A stretch of DNA of 63,864 nt, counting the filler, from an uncultured Candidatus Sumerlaeota bacterium (lineage in GTDB: Bacteria; CAYMEV01): NCBI GenBank assembly GCA_964389675.1. It is 3 parts of 3 records of this genome, joined end to end, with 100 filler letters (N's around TTAATTAATTAA, not from the genome) between each part and the next. Parts side by side here need not be neighbours in the genome. Positions count along the whole stretch, not along the records: positions 30,667 to 61,168 come from CAYMEV010000033.1; 2 more parts are not named here. One strand, 5' to 3'. The position numbers and the translations under genes are program-made. Shown here piece after piece: positions 49,491-59,045 of the stretch. Under the pieces are notes generated by a model. It was not told where the DNA came from. It was given only the letters and a program-made list of their open reading frames with translations, and searched no databases. The stretch's first letter is position 1. Every line of letters starts with the position of its first letter.

Positions 49491-51266
49491 CTACATTCTG
49501 AGCCTTGGGTCTATTGCATCTCTTAGAGTATTTCCCACAAGGTTATAGAGCGTTACTGTTATAAAAAGCGCAAAGCCCGGTATTATAAACATCCACCAGT
49601 AAAGAAGGGGATGCCCCTTGGAGGATGACAGCATCTGCCCCCAGCTGGCCATAGGGTCCTGGACTCCGAATCCGAGAAAGCTCAGGCCTGCCTCTACCAG
49701 GACAGCACCTGCAAAACCGAAAGCAGCTGAGACAAGCACAGGAGTCAATGCATTGGGAAGTATATGCATGGCAATGCTTCTTAAAGGTGATGCTCCGAGC
49801 GCTCTTCCTGCCTGCACATAATCCTGGCCCTTTATTCTTAAAAATTCACCCCTTATAAGCCTGGCAATGCCTGTCCACCTGGTAAGGCCTATCACTATCA
49901 TTATATTATAAATACTGGGGCCAATAAATGCTATAACAGTAAGTATCAAAAAGAATGAAGGAAAGCACATCATAACCTCAATGAACCTTGAGATGCCTAT
50001 GTCTATCCATTTTCCGTAATATCCTGCTATGCTTCCTATTATGATCCCAAGTATGACATAAAGGGTTACAGAGACAAAACCCACAGAGAGCGATACCCTG
50101 GAGCCCCATATCATCCTTGTTATTATTGACCTTCCATTATCGTCCGTACCCAGGATATGCCTGCTGTACTGATCATCTGTCCCTATAAACATAGGCTTCT
50201 GGTATGATTCATAGAAATTATTTTCATTCAGGCCGTAAGGAATGGGGGTAAATATTCCGTAGCTTTCTGCATACCCTTCTTCGATACTGTTTTTCAGCAG
50301 TGCCTTATAGTCCATTTTAGGCCATTTAGGAAAAACATCATAGAGCAGCAGTGAAAGCAGAAACAGAACTGCCAGCAGTATTCCCATCTTCTTAATATTA
50401 AAGATATTATGAGGCCCTGTAATAAGCACTCCCACAACACCAAAATAGCAAAGGATCAGAAAAATATCCAGAATTGAAAGGAATCCAAATATGGGGAATA
50501 TCCCCTTATAATCAAGATTATCGCCGATATTGTCAGGAGAGAGCAGGCTTATTTCCCTTTCTGCCTTTTCTATCAGGGATCTATCCAGATTATCATACTG
50601 CATGCCTTTAATACTTTCCATGATAGCATCTATCTTTACAATTACTGTATCATCTACCAGATGCTTCATACTGGATAACCCGCCCAGCAGATTATGGATT
50701 ATGCTTTTTGTTGCAAGCTTGAACCTGATCTCAAGCAATGGCTGGTTATACTTATAGTTCTGAATATTTGTCTGTTTGACGATCTCAGCCTGTATCTGGT
50801 TTTTCTCTCCGCCGATCTCATTCCTCTTCTGCTCCAGCTCCTCCTTTTTCGCAAGAAGTGCATCTTTTCCCTCGGCCATGCCGTCCATTTCCCCTATCTG
50901 GCCCTCAATACGGTATATCTCTTTTATTACAGCATCATACCTGTTCCCGACGCTGACAAGAGAGTCATTGAGCCCCTGAAGTATCTGTCTCTGCTCGTTA
51001 AAGCCCTCTACATAGTAGGCTTCCTTTTCTTTAAGCTCTTTTTCTTCCCCGGCAACCGAAAGCAGTACTTCGGCATTCTTATGGGCTGACCTGTAAAAAT
51101 AGGAATAAAGTGATGGAAACTTGGAATATATATAGACAGGCTTATCATTGGCAATAAATGGTGCCAGTATTGAAATACCGAACATAACCACGATAAGGAT
51201 AAAGGAATAATATCCTATTTTCCTGTTCTTAAACTGTTTCCATATAATTGACTTGCTCTTATCCAT
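49491..51266 (-). CDS. Peptide ABC transporter permease (OppC/DppC-like) with a large coiled-coil insertion
   Basis: HILGTDDNGR, DYVQAGRALGA, HILPN, EAGLSFLGFG, LRDAIDPR; 591 aa. Confidence 0.9.
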   Translation of the reverse strand: MDKSKSIIWKQFKNRKIGYYSFILIVVMFGISILAPFIANDKPVYIYSKFPSLYSYFYRSAHKNAEVLLSVAGEEKELKEKEAYYVEGFNEQRQILQGLNDSLVSVGNRYDAVIKEIYRIEGQIGEMDGMAEGKDALLAKKEELEQKRNEIGGEKNQIQAEIVKQTNIQNYKYNQPLLEIRFKLATKSIIHNLLGGLSSMKHLVDDTVIVKIDAIMESIKGMQYDNLDRSLIEKAEREISLLSPDNIGDNLDYKGIFPIFGFLSILDIFLILCYFGVVGVLITGPHNIFNIKKMGILLAVLFLLSLLLYDVFPKWPKMDYKALLKNSIEEGYAESYGIFTPIPYGLNENNFYESYQKPMFIGTDDQYSRHILGTDDNGRSIITRMIWGSRVSLSVGFVSVTLYVILGIIIGSIAGYYGKWIDIGISRFIEVMMCFPSFFLILTVIAFIGPSIYNIMIVIGLTRWTGIARLIRGEFLRIKGQDYVQAGRALGASPLRSIAMHILPNALTPVLVSAAFGFAGAVLVEAGLSFLGFGVQDPMASWGQMLSSSKGHPLLYWWMFIIPGFALFITVTLYNLVGNTLRDAIDPRLRM

Positions 51267-51278
51267 CTATCATTTTCC

Positions 51279-52283
51279 TTAATCAAAACTGATCCTGGGA
51301 TCTACTATTACATACAGTATGTCAGACAGCAGAATGCCCAGAAGTGTCAGGAATGCTGAAAGAAACGTAATTGCCATTATAACATTATAATCCCTCTGCA
51401 GTATGGACTCAAACATCAGTTTGCCCATGCCGTCGATCTGGAATACATATTCCAGGATGACGCTTCCTCCGATCATCATTGGCAGTACTGTAGCAAATAT
51501 CGTAATAACAGGTATCATTGAATTTCTTGCTGCATGCTTGAAAATGACCACAGATTCTTTCAGGCCCTTTGCCTTTGCAGTAAGGATATAGTTCTGCCTG
51601 AGGACCTCAAGCATATTTGCCCTCATCTGCATGCTAAGATATGCATAATTGGCAAGCGAAACAACAAATACAGGCAGTATAAGATGCCACAGCCTGTCCA
51701 GCATGATATCCATAAAACCGCCGGACTTTAATACTGCAATTGAGGATATGCCCCTTGTCGGAAAAAGCATAAAATAATCCGATGAGGCAAAAAATGAAAG
51801 AAGGAGTATCGCCACAAAGAACGAGGGAAGGGAATATAAAATAAAAAGAAAGACAGTAACTGTCCTGTCTGTAAATGTATTTTCCTTCACAGACAAAAAT
51901 ATGCCAAGCGGTATAGATATAAGGTATATAAGCAGTATTGAAGCAAACTGGATCTGAAGTGTTATTATCAGGCTTCTGAAAAGCAGTTCGCTTACCTTTT
52001 TATTCTTATATATTATAGACCTTCCGAAATCAAACTTTACCAGTTTTTCAATCCAGATTGCATACTGGATATGCAGAGGCCTGTCCAGGCCGTAAAGCCT
52101 CCTGAATTCTGCTATGTTCTCGGCTGCCACCTGCTCGGTCTTATCGACCATTTCACCTGCCTGCCTTCCGAATGACCTGGAAGGGTCCCCTGGGGCAAGC
52201 CTTATTACTATAAATGCAATGATCGATATCCCTATAAGCGTGGGAACCATTATAAGAAATCTTTTAATTATATATGTCAGCAT
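51279..52283 (-). CDS. Peptide ABC transporter permease (OppB/DppB-like)
   Basis: LAPGDP, YGLDRP, YILTAKAKGL, HAARNS, VDPRI. Confidence 0.93.
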   Translation of the reverse strand: MLTYIIKRFLIMVPTLIGISIIAFIVIRLAPGDPSRSFGRQAGEMVDKTEQVAAENIAEFRRLYGLDRPLHIQYAIWIEKLVKFDFGRSIIYKNKKVSELLFRSLIITLQIQFASILLIYLISIPLGIFLSVKENTFTDRTVTVFLFILYSLPSFFVAILLLSFFASSDYFMLFPTRGISSIAVLKSGGFMDIMLDRLWHLILPVFVVSLANYAYLSMQMRANMLEVLRQNYILTAKAKGLKESVVIFKHAARNSMIPVITIFATVLPMMIGGSVILEYVFQIDGMGKLMFESILQRDYNVIMAITFLSAFLTLLGILLSDILYVIVDPRISFD

Positions 52284-52285
52284 CC

Positions 52286-54355
52286 CTAATCAGCCCCCTC
52301 CTGCCATTTATCGTCTATATACCACTCCCACAAAAAATAGCCAGGCCTTTTGGCATAAAAGTTTACATTCCTGAACTTCTTATGATATGCGAATCTGTTA
52401 GGATAGCAGTACAGAAAAATATAAGGCTGGTCATCATAGATGATTTTCTGGAGTTTCTGCCAGATAACCCTTCTTTTATTAATGTCAAGCTCCCTTCTGA
52501 AAGCCTCAATGAGTCTGTCCGCTTCAGGATTATTATAACCGGTGGTGTTCTGTCCCCTGTTTTCCCACTGGGATGAGTGCCACAGGTCAAAAGGGTCATT
52601 CTCAATATCTATGGTCCATCCAAGACTGCACATATCAAACTGCCTCTCATCAATATGCTCAAGCAATGAGGCCCATTCCATCCTTCTTATGGAAAGCTCT
52701 ATGCCTGCATATGTAAGATTCTGATGAAATACTGCCATGATGGAATCTACCAGAGAACTCTGCGACCCCATGAACTCCACCTTAAAAGCAAGCCCGTTCT
52801 TATCAATAATACCGTCCTGATCGGTATCAACCCAGCCTGCCTCATTCAAAAGCTGTACAGCTTTCTCAGGATTATACTCAATAGGCTTAATGCTTCTGTC
52901 ATTCAACGGTCCCAGCACATACTGCGACCCGGTTATTTCAATACCTACTCCATAGCTTAAATTCTCAAGCAATGCCTTCCTGGGCAGAAGCATTGAGAAT
53001 GCCTTCCTTACCCTCTTATCTGCAAAATATGGCTTCAGTGTATTGAAGGCTATATAATTGAAGTTCCCCGTATAAAAGAACCCCTTTACATAATTTTCCC
53101 TGAATGATTCAGTATTTGATTTTTTGAATATATCCTCAGATCCCAGCCCCCTCGGGCATGCATCAATCTCATTATTCATAAGGGCTCGCAGTATTGCGTC
53201 AGTATTGGTAATTATATAAAAATATATGGTATCCAGGTATCCTGCTCTCTCAGGATCATAAAAATCGCCTGTCTTGTTCAGCTGTATATAATTACCCTTT
53301 ATCCATCCTTCCCTGGTCCCCTTTGAGTATTCAGGCTTGATCAGAGGGCTCGGCAGTGCATATGGCCCTGTCCCGACAGGCTGGTCTATTGCAGGATGGT
53401 CCCTGAAATAATTTGCAAACTCATCCTCGGTAAATTCCTGCCCCTCTGCAATAAATACATGCTTGGGAATTATCCTTGTGCTGAACAGGTCAATTACCTT
53501 GAAATACTGCTCATCAAGATATATCTTCACAGTAAACTCATCTATCTCTTCATAATGCTTCATATTGCGAAATGTAGAACGAAAAGATGTAACCTCAGGG
53601 ATCTTTGGATTCTTAATGACATCAAGTGTAAAAATAACATCACATGCCCTGAAGGGATACCCGTCATGCCAGGATACATCCTTCCTCAGCCTGAATGTAA
53701 ATACTACATCCCTGTCATACATCCTCTTATATGTTCCGTCAGCATTGGATTTTTCACGGAGCTGTTCCCTTTCAACATACCCCTCTATCCCATCCTTTAC
53801 ATAATGAATCCCGTTTATATTCCCTTCTTCATCCATCCTCACCCCGTCTTCCGGAATATCAGCAATGATAAAATTATTCTCACCCTCTTCCTTAAATACA
53901 TCACTGTCAATCTTCCCTTTAAGCCATATTACATCATGGGTATCATATGATTCAGCAAGATCAGGCACATATTCAAGCGTAAGCGGGTCCTGATAAAGAA
54001 GCCCGTTGAATATATATTCATTAATAATACTGGTAACCGATGATGTATCCATAAGATGAGTAAGCCTCTTGGGCTCATTTGTAAATACTGTCCTTATTAC
54101 TCCCCCCTCTTTCGGCTCAATCCCCTTTTCCGGATTATTGAAAGCATCCCTCACCGGCAGGTATATATGCCTCTCCTCATCAAAATAGATAGATCCTTCA
54201 TGCAAGGCACTAAGCTTCTCAACCTCATTCAATACATCCTCTGCCACTATCCTGTTCTGCTCTGTAAATTCATCGATATTATCCCTGTCATACCTGCAGG
54301 ATGAACAAAGAACCAGGCATATTACCATCAGCACTAGAATTGTTTTATTCAGCAT
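52286..54355 (-). CDS. Peptide ABC transporter substrate-binding lipoprotein (SBP family 5)
   Basis: CSSC lipobox; PDLAES, FRLRKDVSWHDG, PVGTGPY, DKRVRKA. Confidence 0.92.
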   Translation of the reverse strand: MLNKTILVLMVICLVLCSSCRYDRDNIDEFTEQNRIVAEDVLNEVEKLSALHEGSIYFDEERHIYLPVRDAFNNPEKGIEPKEGGVIRTVFTNEPKRLTHLMDTSSVTSIINEYIFNGLLYQDPLTLEYVPDLAESYDTHDVIWLKGKIDSDVFKEEGENNFIIADIPEDGVRMDEEGNINGIHYVKDGIEGYVEREQLREKSNADGTYKRMYDRDVVFTFRLRKDVSWHDGYPFRACDVIFTLDVIKNPKIPEVTSFRSTFRNMKHYEEIDEFTVKIYLDEQYFKVIDLFSTRIIPKHVFIAEGQEFTEDEFANYFRDHPAIDQPVGTGPYALPSPLIKPEYSKGTREGWIKGNYIQLNKTGDFYDPERAGYLDTIYFYIITNTDAILRALMNNEIDACPRGLGSEDIFKKSNTESFRENYVKGFFYTGNFNYIAFNTLKPYFADKRVRKAFSMLLPRKALLENLSYGVGIEITGSQYVLGPLNDRSIKPIEYNPEKAVQLLNEAGWVDTDQDGIIDKNGLAFKVEFMGSQSSLVDSIMAVFHQNLTYAGIELSIRRMEWASLLEHIDERQFDMCSLGWTIDIENDPFDLWHSSQWENRGQNTTGYNNPEADRLIEAFRRELDINKRRVIWQKLQKIIYDDQPYIFLYCYPNRFAYHKKFRNVNFYAKRPGYFLWEWYIDDKWQEGAD

Positions 54356-54635
54356 AGACTATAGCTATATCATAATCCCTCTAAGATGTTCAAGAAAAAT
54401 AAATTGATCCACATTATAAACCTATATTCCATATCATGCATAGTAGATAGTTGCAGGCTTCAGGCTTATCAAAACGCTAACACTCTTAAGTGGACTGGTA
54501 TTAGTAAGCCTTTTTGCTGCTTTCTATTTGAAGATTTTTACCATTATTTTTTGTATAGGCGACATCTATATTGGCACATAGGGTCCAAAATAATTGGTGG
54601 CAGTATATAATAAAAATCTATTATCATATTTATTA

Positions 54636-54688
54636 TTATAACGTCTGTGGATATTCGATGTTTTAATGTTGTATATAAGCTGTTGCAT
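54636..54688 (-). repeat. attC-like imperfect inverted repeat 1
   Basis: Minus strand ATGCAAC-N5-ATATAC...GAATAT-N8-GTTATAA, 14 nt after the stop of 54703..55431. Confidence 0.45.
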
Positions 54689-54702
54689 GATGTAAAGTAA
54701 GT

Positions 54703-55431
54703 TTATACCTCTACTAATGCTTGTCTAAATTTATCTATATATTTTGGATTCCACTTTTCACATAAATAATTGTATTTCTCAATTATGTGTTTATTTGCAA
54801 ATTCTATTAGATACTTTATATCCTTGATTGTTTCTTGTGTATATATTACAAATTCACTGCTGTTGAGATGTAATCTATTTCTAGTTGTGTTAATTGACAT
54901 AAGTATCGAATGAATCCTTTTTGGAATATTTACAATATCTAAGTAGTCTTTAGTATTCATAATTGCTGAAAACTGCACTGTAAAATGCTTTAGACCCCTT
55001 AGGGACAAGCTACCACTATCAGGATTTTTAACATAACCTTCTATTCGTTTATAGTCAGCAACTTTTATGGGGTGTTTATTAATATTACCTAATGTCTTGA
55101 ATTTTTTATTACATATTCTAGCATCAATAGCGTGTACAAGATATCCTTTGCTAATAATTTTACCTTTTAGAAAATTCTCGAAACAGATAATTACCTTAAT
55201 TGCATCTAGTAGGTTGTTTGTGGTATAGTCATGAATATCTGGAAAATAGTGATTGTTTGTTGGGCTTTCTTTGCCTCGAATAAATTCATTTTCAAGATTT
55301 AGTATATTGGTAATTATGTATGAATCCTTTAAATACTTTATTCCTGTTGAAAGAAGACGCATGTATGCGTCTCTTCTTTGAAAATTATTTAGATAAATAA
55401 TTGTCTCATTAAATGTTCTAGGTTTTCTCAT
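54703..55431 (-). CDS. Hypothetical AT-rich protein, possible HEPN-like nuclease
   Basis: FENFLKG helix with Glu and C-terminal RNRLH motif; located in the defence island. Confidence 0.6.
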   Translation of the reverse strand: MRKPRTFNETIIYLNNFQRRDAYMRLLSTGIKYLKDSYIITNILNLENEFIRGKESPTNNHYFPDIHDYTTNNLLDAIKVIICFENFLKGKIISKGYLVHAIDARICNKKFKTLGNINKHPIKVADYKRIEGYVKNPDSGSLSLRGLKHFTVQFSAIMNTKDYLDIVNIPKRIHSILMSINTTRNRLHLNSSEFVIYTQETIKDIKYLIEFANKHIIEKYNYLCEKWNPKYIDKFRQALVEV

Positions 55432-55453
55432 TTTATAAAATTACTTTTGTTTC

Positions 55454-55546
55454 CTACAATGTTCGGGGTGTATTTTATGTTCGTCAAATGCCCAATGTGC
55501 CAAAATCCAAGCAGTGTATCTATGCTGCATATACCCCCCGATAGAA
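55454..55546 (-). repeat. attC-like imperfect inverted repeat 2 (both core boxes degenerate)
   Basis: Minus strand TTCTATC-N5-GTATAT...ATACAC-N7-ATTGTAG; GGGGTGTAT/ATATACCCC stem. Confidence 0.35.
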
Positions 55547-55596
55547 GAAATGCATTGGTATCTGCTATAAATTTGTAAAATCGCATGGATGTATTT

Positions 55597-56547
55597 TTAC
55601 ATGATTTTCTTGGTATTTATAAGTTTTCTTAAATCATCATCATTCAAGATTTTATCATAGTTGCTTTTTACTTTTCCAAGTTTTATATCTTCGGCAATAT
55701 CAGAAACAAATCCTTTAAAATCTGTATTTTCTTCTGCAAGTCTATTTATTGTATCCCAATCAACATTTGTATTCTCTTTTGCAGCAAACAATATTTCGCT
55801 TTGGTCAATATCTTCGGGATTTAATTTTATAATCCCTATTCCAAAAGCATTGCTCAACCTTCTCATTTCATCATATAAGCTACTATCATCTGCAATTCTT
55901 AGTGCAACCAGATATCCTTCATTAGCCCATGATGAATTTGATATTGCTTGAAAATAGTATTCTCTAAGATTTGAAAATGAAATAGATATTTTCATTTCAA
56001 ATGAAAAGAGCTTTAAAGCACTTACAGAAAAAGCTTTCTGAACTTCCTGTATCTCATTCAAGTAATCCACAAAAGGGAAATATACACCTACAACATCTGG
56101 ATGTAACCACTTGTTATACCCTTTTAAAGCTTTTCTAGAGTTTTCATGAAATATCGTTTTCGAAAATGACTTGAAGTGAGTATCTGAGTTTACAAATTTT
56201 ACTAATAATGGGTGAAGATCTCTTTCATTAAAAGTTGAAGATTTTTCAATATCTTTTTCTTTTTTTTCTATATCTTTTTCTAATTCTTTCTTCAACTTCA
56301 TCTCGTTGGTTACTAATCGCTTTAAATAAAATTTTGAGGGACGTTTGCTAATCTGTATAAAGACACTTTTTTCATTATCTCGTATATCCGTATAAAGACG
56401 AGCTCCTATACTAGCCCATGGGGTTTTGCCTTCTGTATGAAATTTATCGGCTATTCCAAATTTTTTTGCTAAATCCCATATTTCGTTCGGAGATAAAGGT
56501 TTATTAGCTGTTTCTATTGTTTTTTCTGCTAATTCTAAAAATGTCAT
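55597..56547 (-). CDS. HrgA/COG2958-like protein: HARE-HTH plus restriction-endonuclease-like domain
   Basis: GKTPWASIGARLY, ERDLHPLL, WLHPDVVG, SFEMK, FQAISNSSWANEGYLV. Confidence 0.85.
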   Translation of the reverse strand: MTFLELAEKTIETANKPLSPNEIWDLAKKFGIADKFHTEGKTPWASIGARLYTDIRDNEKSVFIQISKRPSKFYLKRLVTNEMKLKKELEKDIEKKEKDIEKSSTFNERDLHPLLVKFVNSDTHFKSFSKTIFHENSRKALKGYNKWLHPDVVGVYFPFVDYLNEIQEVQKAFSVSALKLFSFEMKISISFSNLREYYFQAISNSSWANEGYLVALRIADDSSLYDEMRRLSNAFGIGIIKLNPEDIDQSEILFAAKENTNVDWDTINRLAEENTDFKGFVSDIAEDIKLGKVKSNYDKILNDDDLRKLINTKKIM

Positions 56548-56610
56548 ATTTCCTTTTTTGTACCAAGGATGGCACTAATCCTCCTTAAATATATTTCATT
56601 AAAATATTTC

Positions 56611-56741
56611 TTTTAACGGTTACATTTATGAGACATTTGGCATTTCAAAGCACTTAGCTGTCAAGTTACCACTATTTTTGATACAAACTGAAATGTCCGA
56701 TAACCCACTGACTGCCATATGTTTTATACACGATCTTATGT
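56611..56741 (-). repeat. attC-like imperfect inverted repeat 3
   Basis: Minus strand ACATAAG-N5-GTATAAAACATATGGCA...TGCCAAATGTCTCATA...GTTAAAA; 16-bp stem with G.T pairs on the plus strand. Confidence 0.5.
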
Positions 56742-56791
56742 GTATAGCCCAACTTTATAAATAATAATATAATTAATTTTTTATTAATAAT

Positions 56792-59044
56792 TTACGAACC
56801 ATTTTTCTCTAATTCCGCATCTAGTTTAGAACTGAAATTAAAATTCCCGTTTCTCAAATGATCAAAATAATAGTCATAATCTTCTGGCGTTAAGAAGTTG
56901 AAATAGTATTTCAGTTTATCTTGCTGTTCATTCAGAGTTTTAAAATGGTTTTGGGCTGCTTTGTATTTTGCTTTATTTTCATCCGATGGTTCTCTGATTT
57001 CTTCATCTCCTTTTATTTCAATCACCAAAATACTGTCACCTATTTTTATAAAGAAATCAGGATTGAATCTTCCTCTTTTGGGATGTTCTCCTTTTTTCCA
57101 TGAATATTCAATAGGATAAAAATCTTGATCAGTAGATTTAAGCCATGAGTCAACGGCTTTGGAATTTTCATGAGCAATAAGCCTTCTGATAAATAGGCGT
57201 TCTGGTTTGTGATCAGAAATAGCAAGATTCAATGGCGATTTGAAATTGTAAATATTGTCGATCTTTTCAATTGCTGAAACAGGTCTGCTTTCATCTTTTT
57301 CAAGATCATTAATAAATGTTACACTTTCCTTATCGCTTAATGTAAAGGTCAAATCATCACAGAAGACGGTTGCGTCCCCGCGCTTGATTGCGGCATATCC
57401 AGCGCCGTTTCTGTTTCTGTTTTTTGTATCAACTTCAATCAATGCTTTTGGGGACATCCTATATCGAACTGCCTTCGCAGCGGCACGGTGAATGACTCCG
57501 AATGCCTGATAGATTTTTTGTCTGTTTTCATCGCTGATCTGATTGCCGCTTTCACCGATTCGGTCCAGAGAATTCCTGATAAGCTCCTTTAACCAATCCA
57601 GATTATATTTTTCTGCATAATTGGTTGGATTTTCAGTTCCTGATGTTTCCATATCAATGGATTTAAGCCGATTATGAAGTTGTTCTGCAATTTCATCAAT
57701 TGAAAACATTTTGTATTTAACCAAAGTTTTTTTCCTGCGGCTTTCTCCGGTTGTTGCCCGGATGTATTCCGTTTCCCGTTCAAGTGCCGGCGACTGGCGG
57801 ATAAGCGTGATAAATCCTTTTGTAAATTCGTATTCCTTTTCCTGTTTGTATTTTTCGGTCTCGGTTGTTTTGGCATAGTCGATGTTATGAATGGTAAAAT
57901 GATAGTTCTGTTTTTTTTCGACAGGATAAGAATAAACCCGTTTTTCGATCTCCAGGACCTCGTCAACAAGATGCCTGATTCTGCCGGACCAGCGGTCATG
58001 GTTAAAGACAGTAACCACCGGTTTTTGACCCAAATAAACTTCAGGTATCCGCAAACCTCTTCCAAGCACCTGGGCAATCAGCAATTTGCTGTCAAATGCC
58101 CGTTCCTCGTGCGGCACGATTTGAAACACATTTTTTACATCCCATCCCTCGGTTAACATGCTTATGGATGTGATCCATTCGACCAGGCTGTCTTTCCTGT
58201 CCACGTCTTTAAGTTTTCTGACGTTTTCTTTGTGTTTTGGCGAAGATGTCACCTCCAAAACTTTTTTGGCAGCATCTTCTTCTGAAATTCCCTCCGTTTC
58301 TGCCAAAAACCGAATGAGATCATCAGTCAGTTTATTGCAGGCTCGAATATCTTTGGTTATTAAAATGGTTAACGGTCTGACCAAACGATATTTTGTATTC
58401 TTGTTTTCAATGTGGTTGTCATAGATTTTTTGAAGTTTTTCGTCCTGCGTATTGGATGAATCTTCCGCAACATAATCGATAATTTTTACAAANNNNNNNN
58501 NNNNNNNNNNNNNNNNNNNNNNNNNNNNNNNNNNNNNNNNNNNNNNNNNNNNNNNNNNNNNNNNNNNNNNNNNNNNNNNNNNNNNNNNNNNNCCAGAAAG
58601 CAGTTTGAACTTTTCCATCAGCCCGTCTTCAATGGTTGTTGACGGGCAAACCACTAAAACATAATCCGCTGCGCCTTCCGCCAGCAGAATGCGGGCAATG
58701 CCATAAATAACATAACTCTTGCCTGTTCCCGTTGCCATGTCCAGTGAGCAGGATAATTTATTGGGGAATTGCAGGTGTTTCCTGAACTGTTCAAATGTGC
58801 CGTAAAAATTTTGCAGCGTCTCATTATTATGATAGTTCTCCTCCGCCAGCTCGGTTACGTTCTTGTAATTTTTTCCAAGCAGATAGAAAAGCGTATTACG
58901 GGCAGCAGTTTTCTGGTATTCCCGCTCCCCGCACAGTGCGTCCAAAAAGCCTTCGTATTTATTAATATCAAACACAGTGGGATTGACGCTTTTGCTGACT
59001 TTTAAAACAAGATCCTGGTTTAGAAAGCGTTGATGATCCAGCAT
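56792..59044 (-). CDS. res: Type III restriction enzyme Res subunit (SF2 helicase plus PD-(D/E)xK nuclease), interrupted by an assembly gap
   Basis: MATGTGKS, LTEGWDV, QVLGRGLR, FNPDF...IEIK; start placed at ATG 59044, 1 nt after the mod stop. Confidence 0.88.
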   Translation of the reverse strand: MLDHQRFLNQDLVLKVSKSVNPTVFDINKYEGFLDALCGEREYQKTAARNTLFYLLGKNYKNVTELAEENYHNNETLQNFYGTFEQFRKHLQFPNKLSCSLDMATGTGKSYVIYGIARILLAEGAADYVLVVCPSTTIEDGLMEKFKLLSXXXXXXXXXXXXXXXXXXXXXXXXXXXXXXXXXXFVKIIDYVAEDSSNTQDEKLQKIYDNHIENKNTKYRLVRPLTILITKDIRACNKLTDDLIRFLAETEGISEEDAAKKVLEVTSSPKHKENVRKLKDVDRKDSLVEWITSISMLTEGWDVKNVFQIVPHEERAFDSKLLIAQVLGRGLRIPEVYLGQKPVVTVFNHDRWSGRIRHLVDEVLEIEKRVYSYPVEKKQNYHFTIHNIDYAKTTETEKYKQEKEYEFTKGFITLIRQSPALERETEYIRATTGESRRKKTLVKYKMFSIDEIAEQLHNRLKSIDMETSGTENPTNYAEKYNLDWLKELIRNSLDRIGESGNQISDENRQKIYQAFGVIHRAAAKAVRYRMSPKALIEVDTKNRNRNGAGYAAIKRGDATVFCDDLTFTLSDKESVTFINDLEKDESRPVSAIEKIDNIYNFKSPLNLAISDHKPERLFIRRLIAHENSKAVDSWLKSTDQDFYPIEYSWKKGEHPKRGRFNPDFFIKIGDSILVIEIKGDEEIREPSDENKAKYKAAQNHFKTLNEQQDKLKYYFNFLTPEDYDYYFDHLRNGNFNFSSKLDAELEKNGS
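58493..58592. other. 100-N scaffold gap inside res
   Basis: N run without linker; helicase motif II is not visible and probably lies in the gap. Confidence 0.9.
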
Positions 59045-59045
59045 A

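Noticed and set aside
54386-54610. 74-aa plus-strand ORF at the island boundary
   Set aside because: No RBS or recognisable motif; overlaps the probable oppA promoter region
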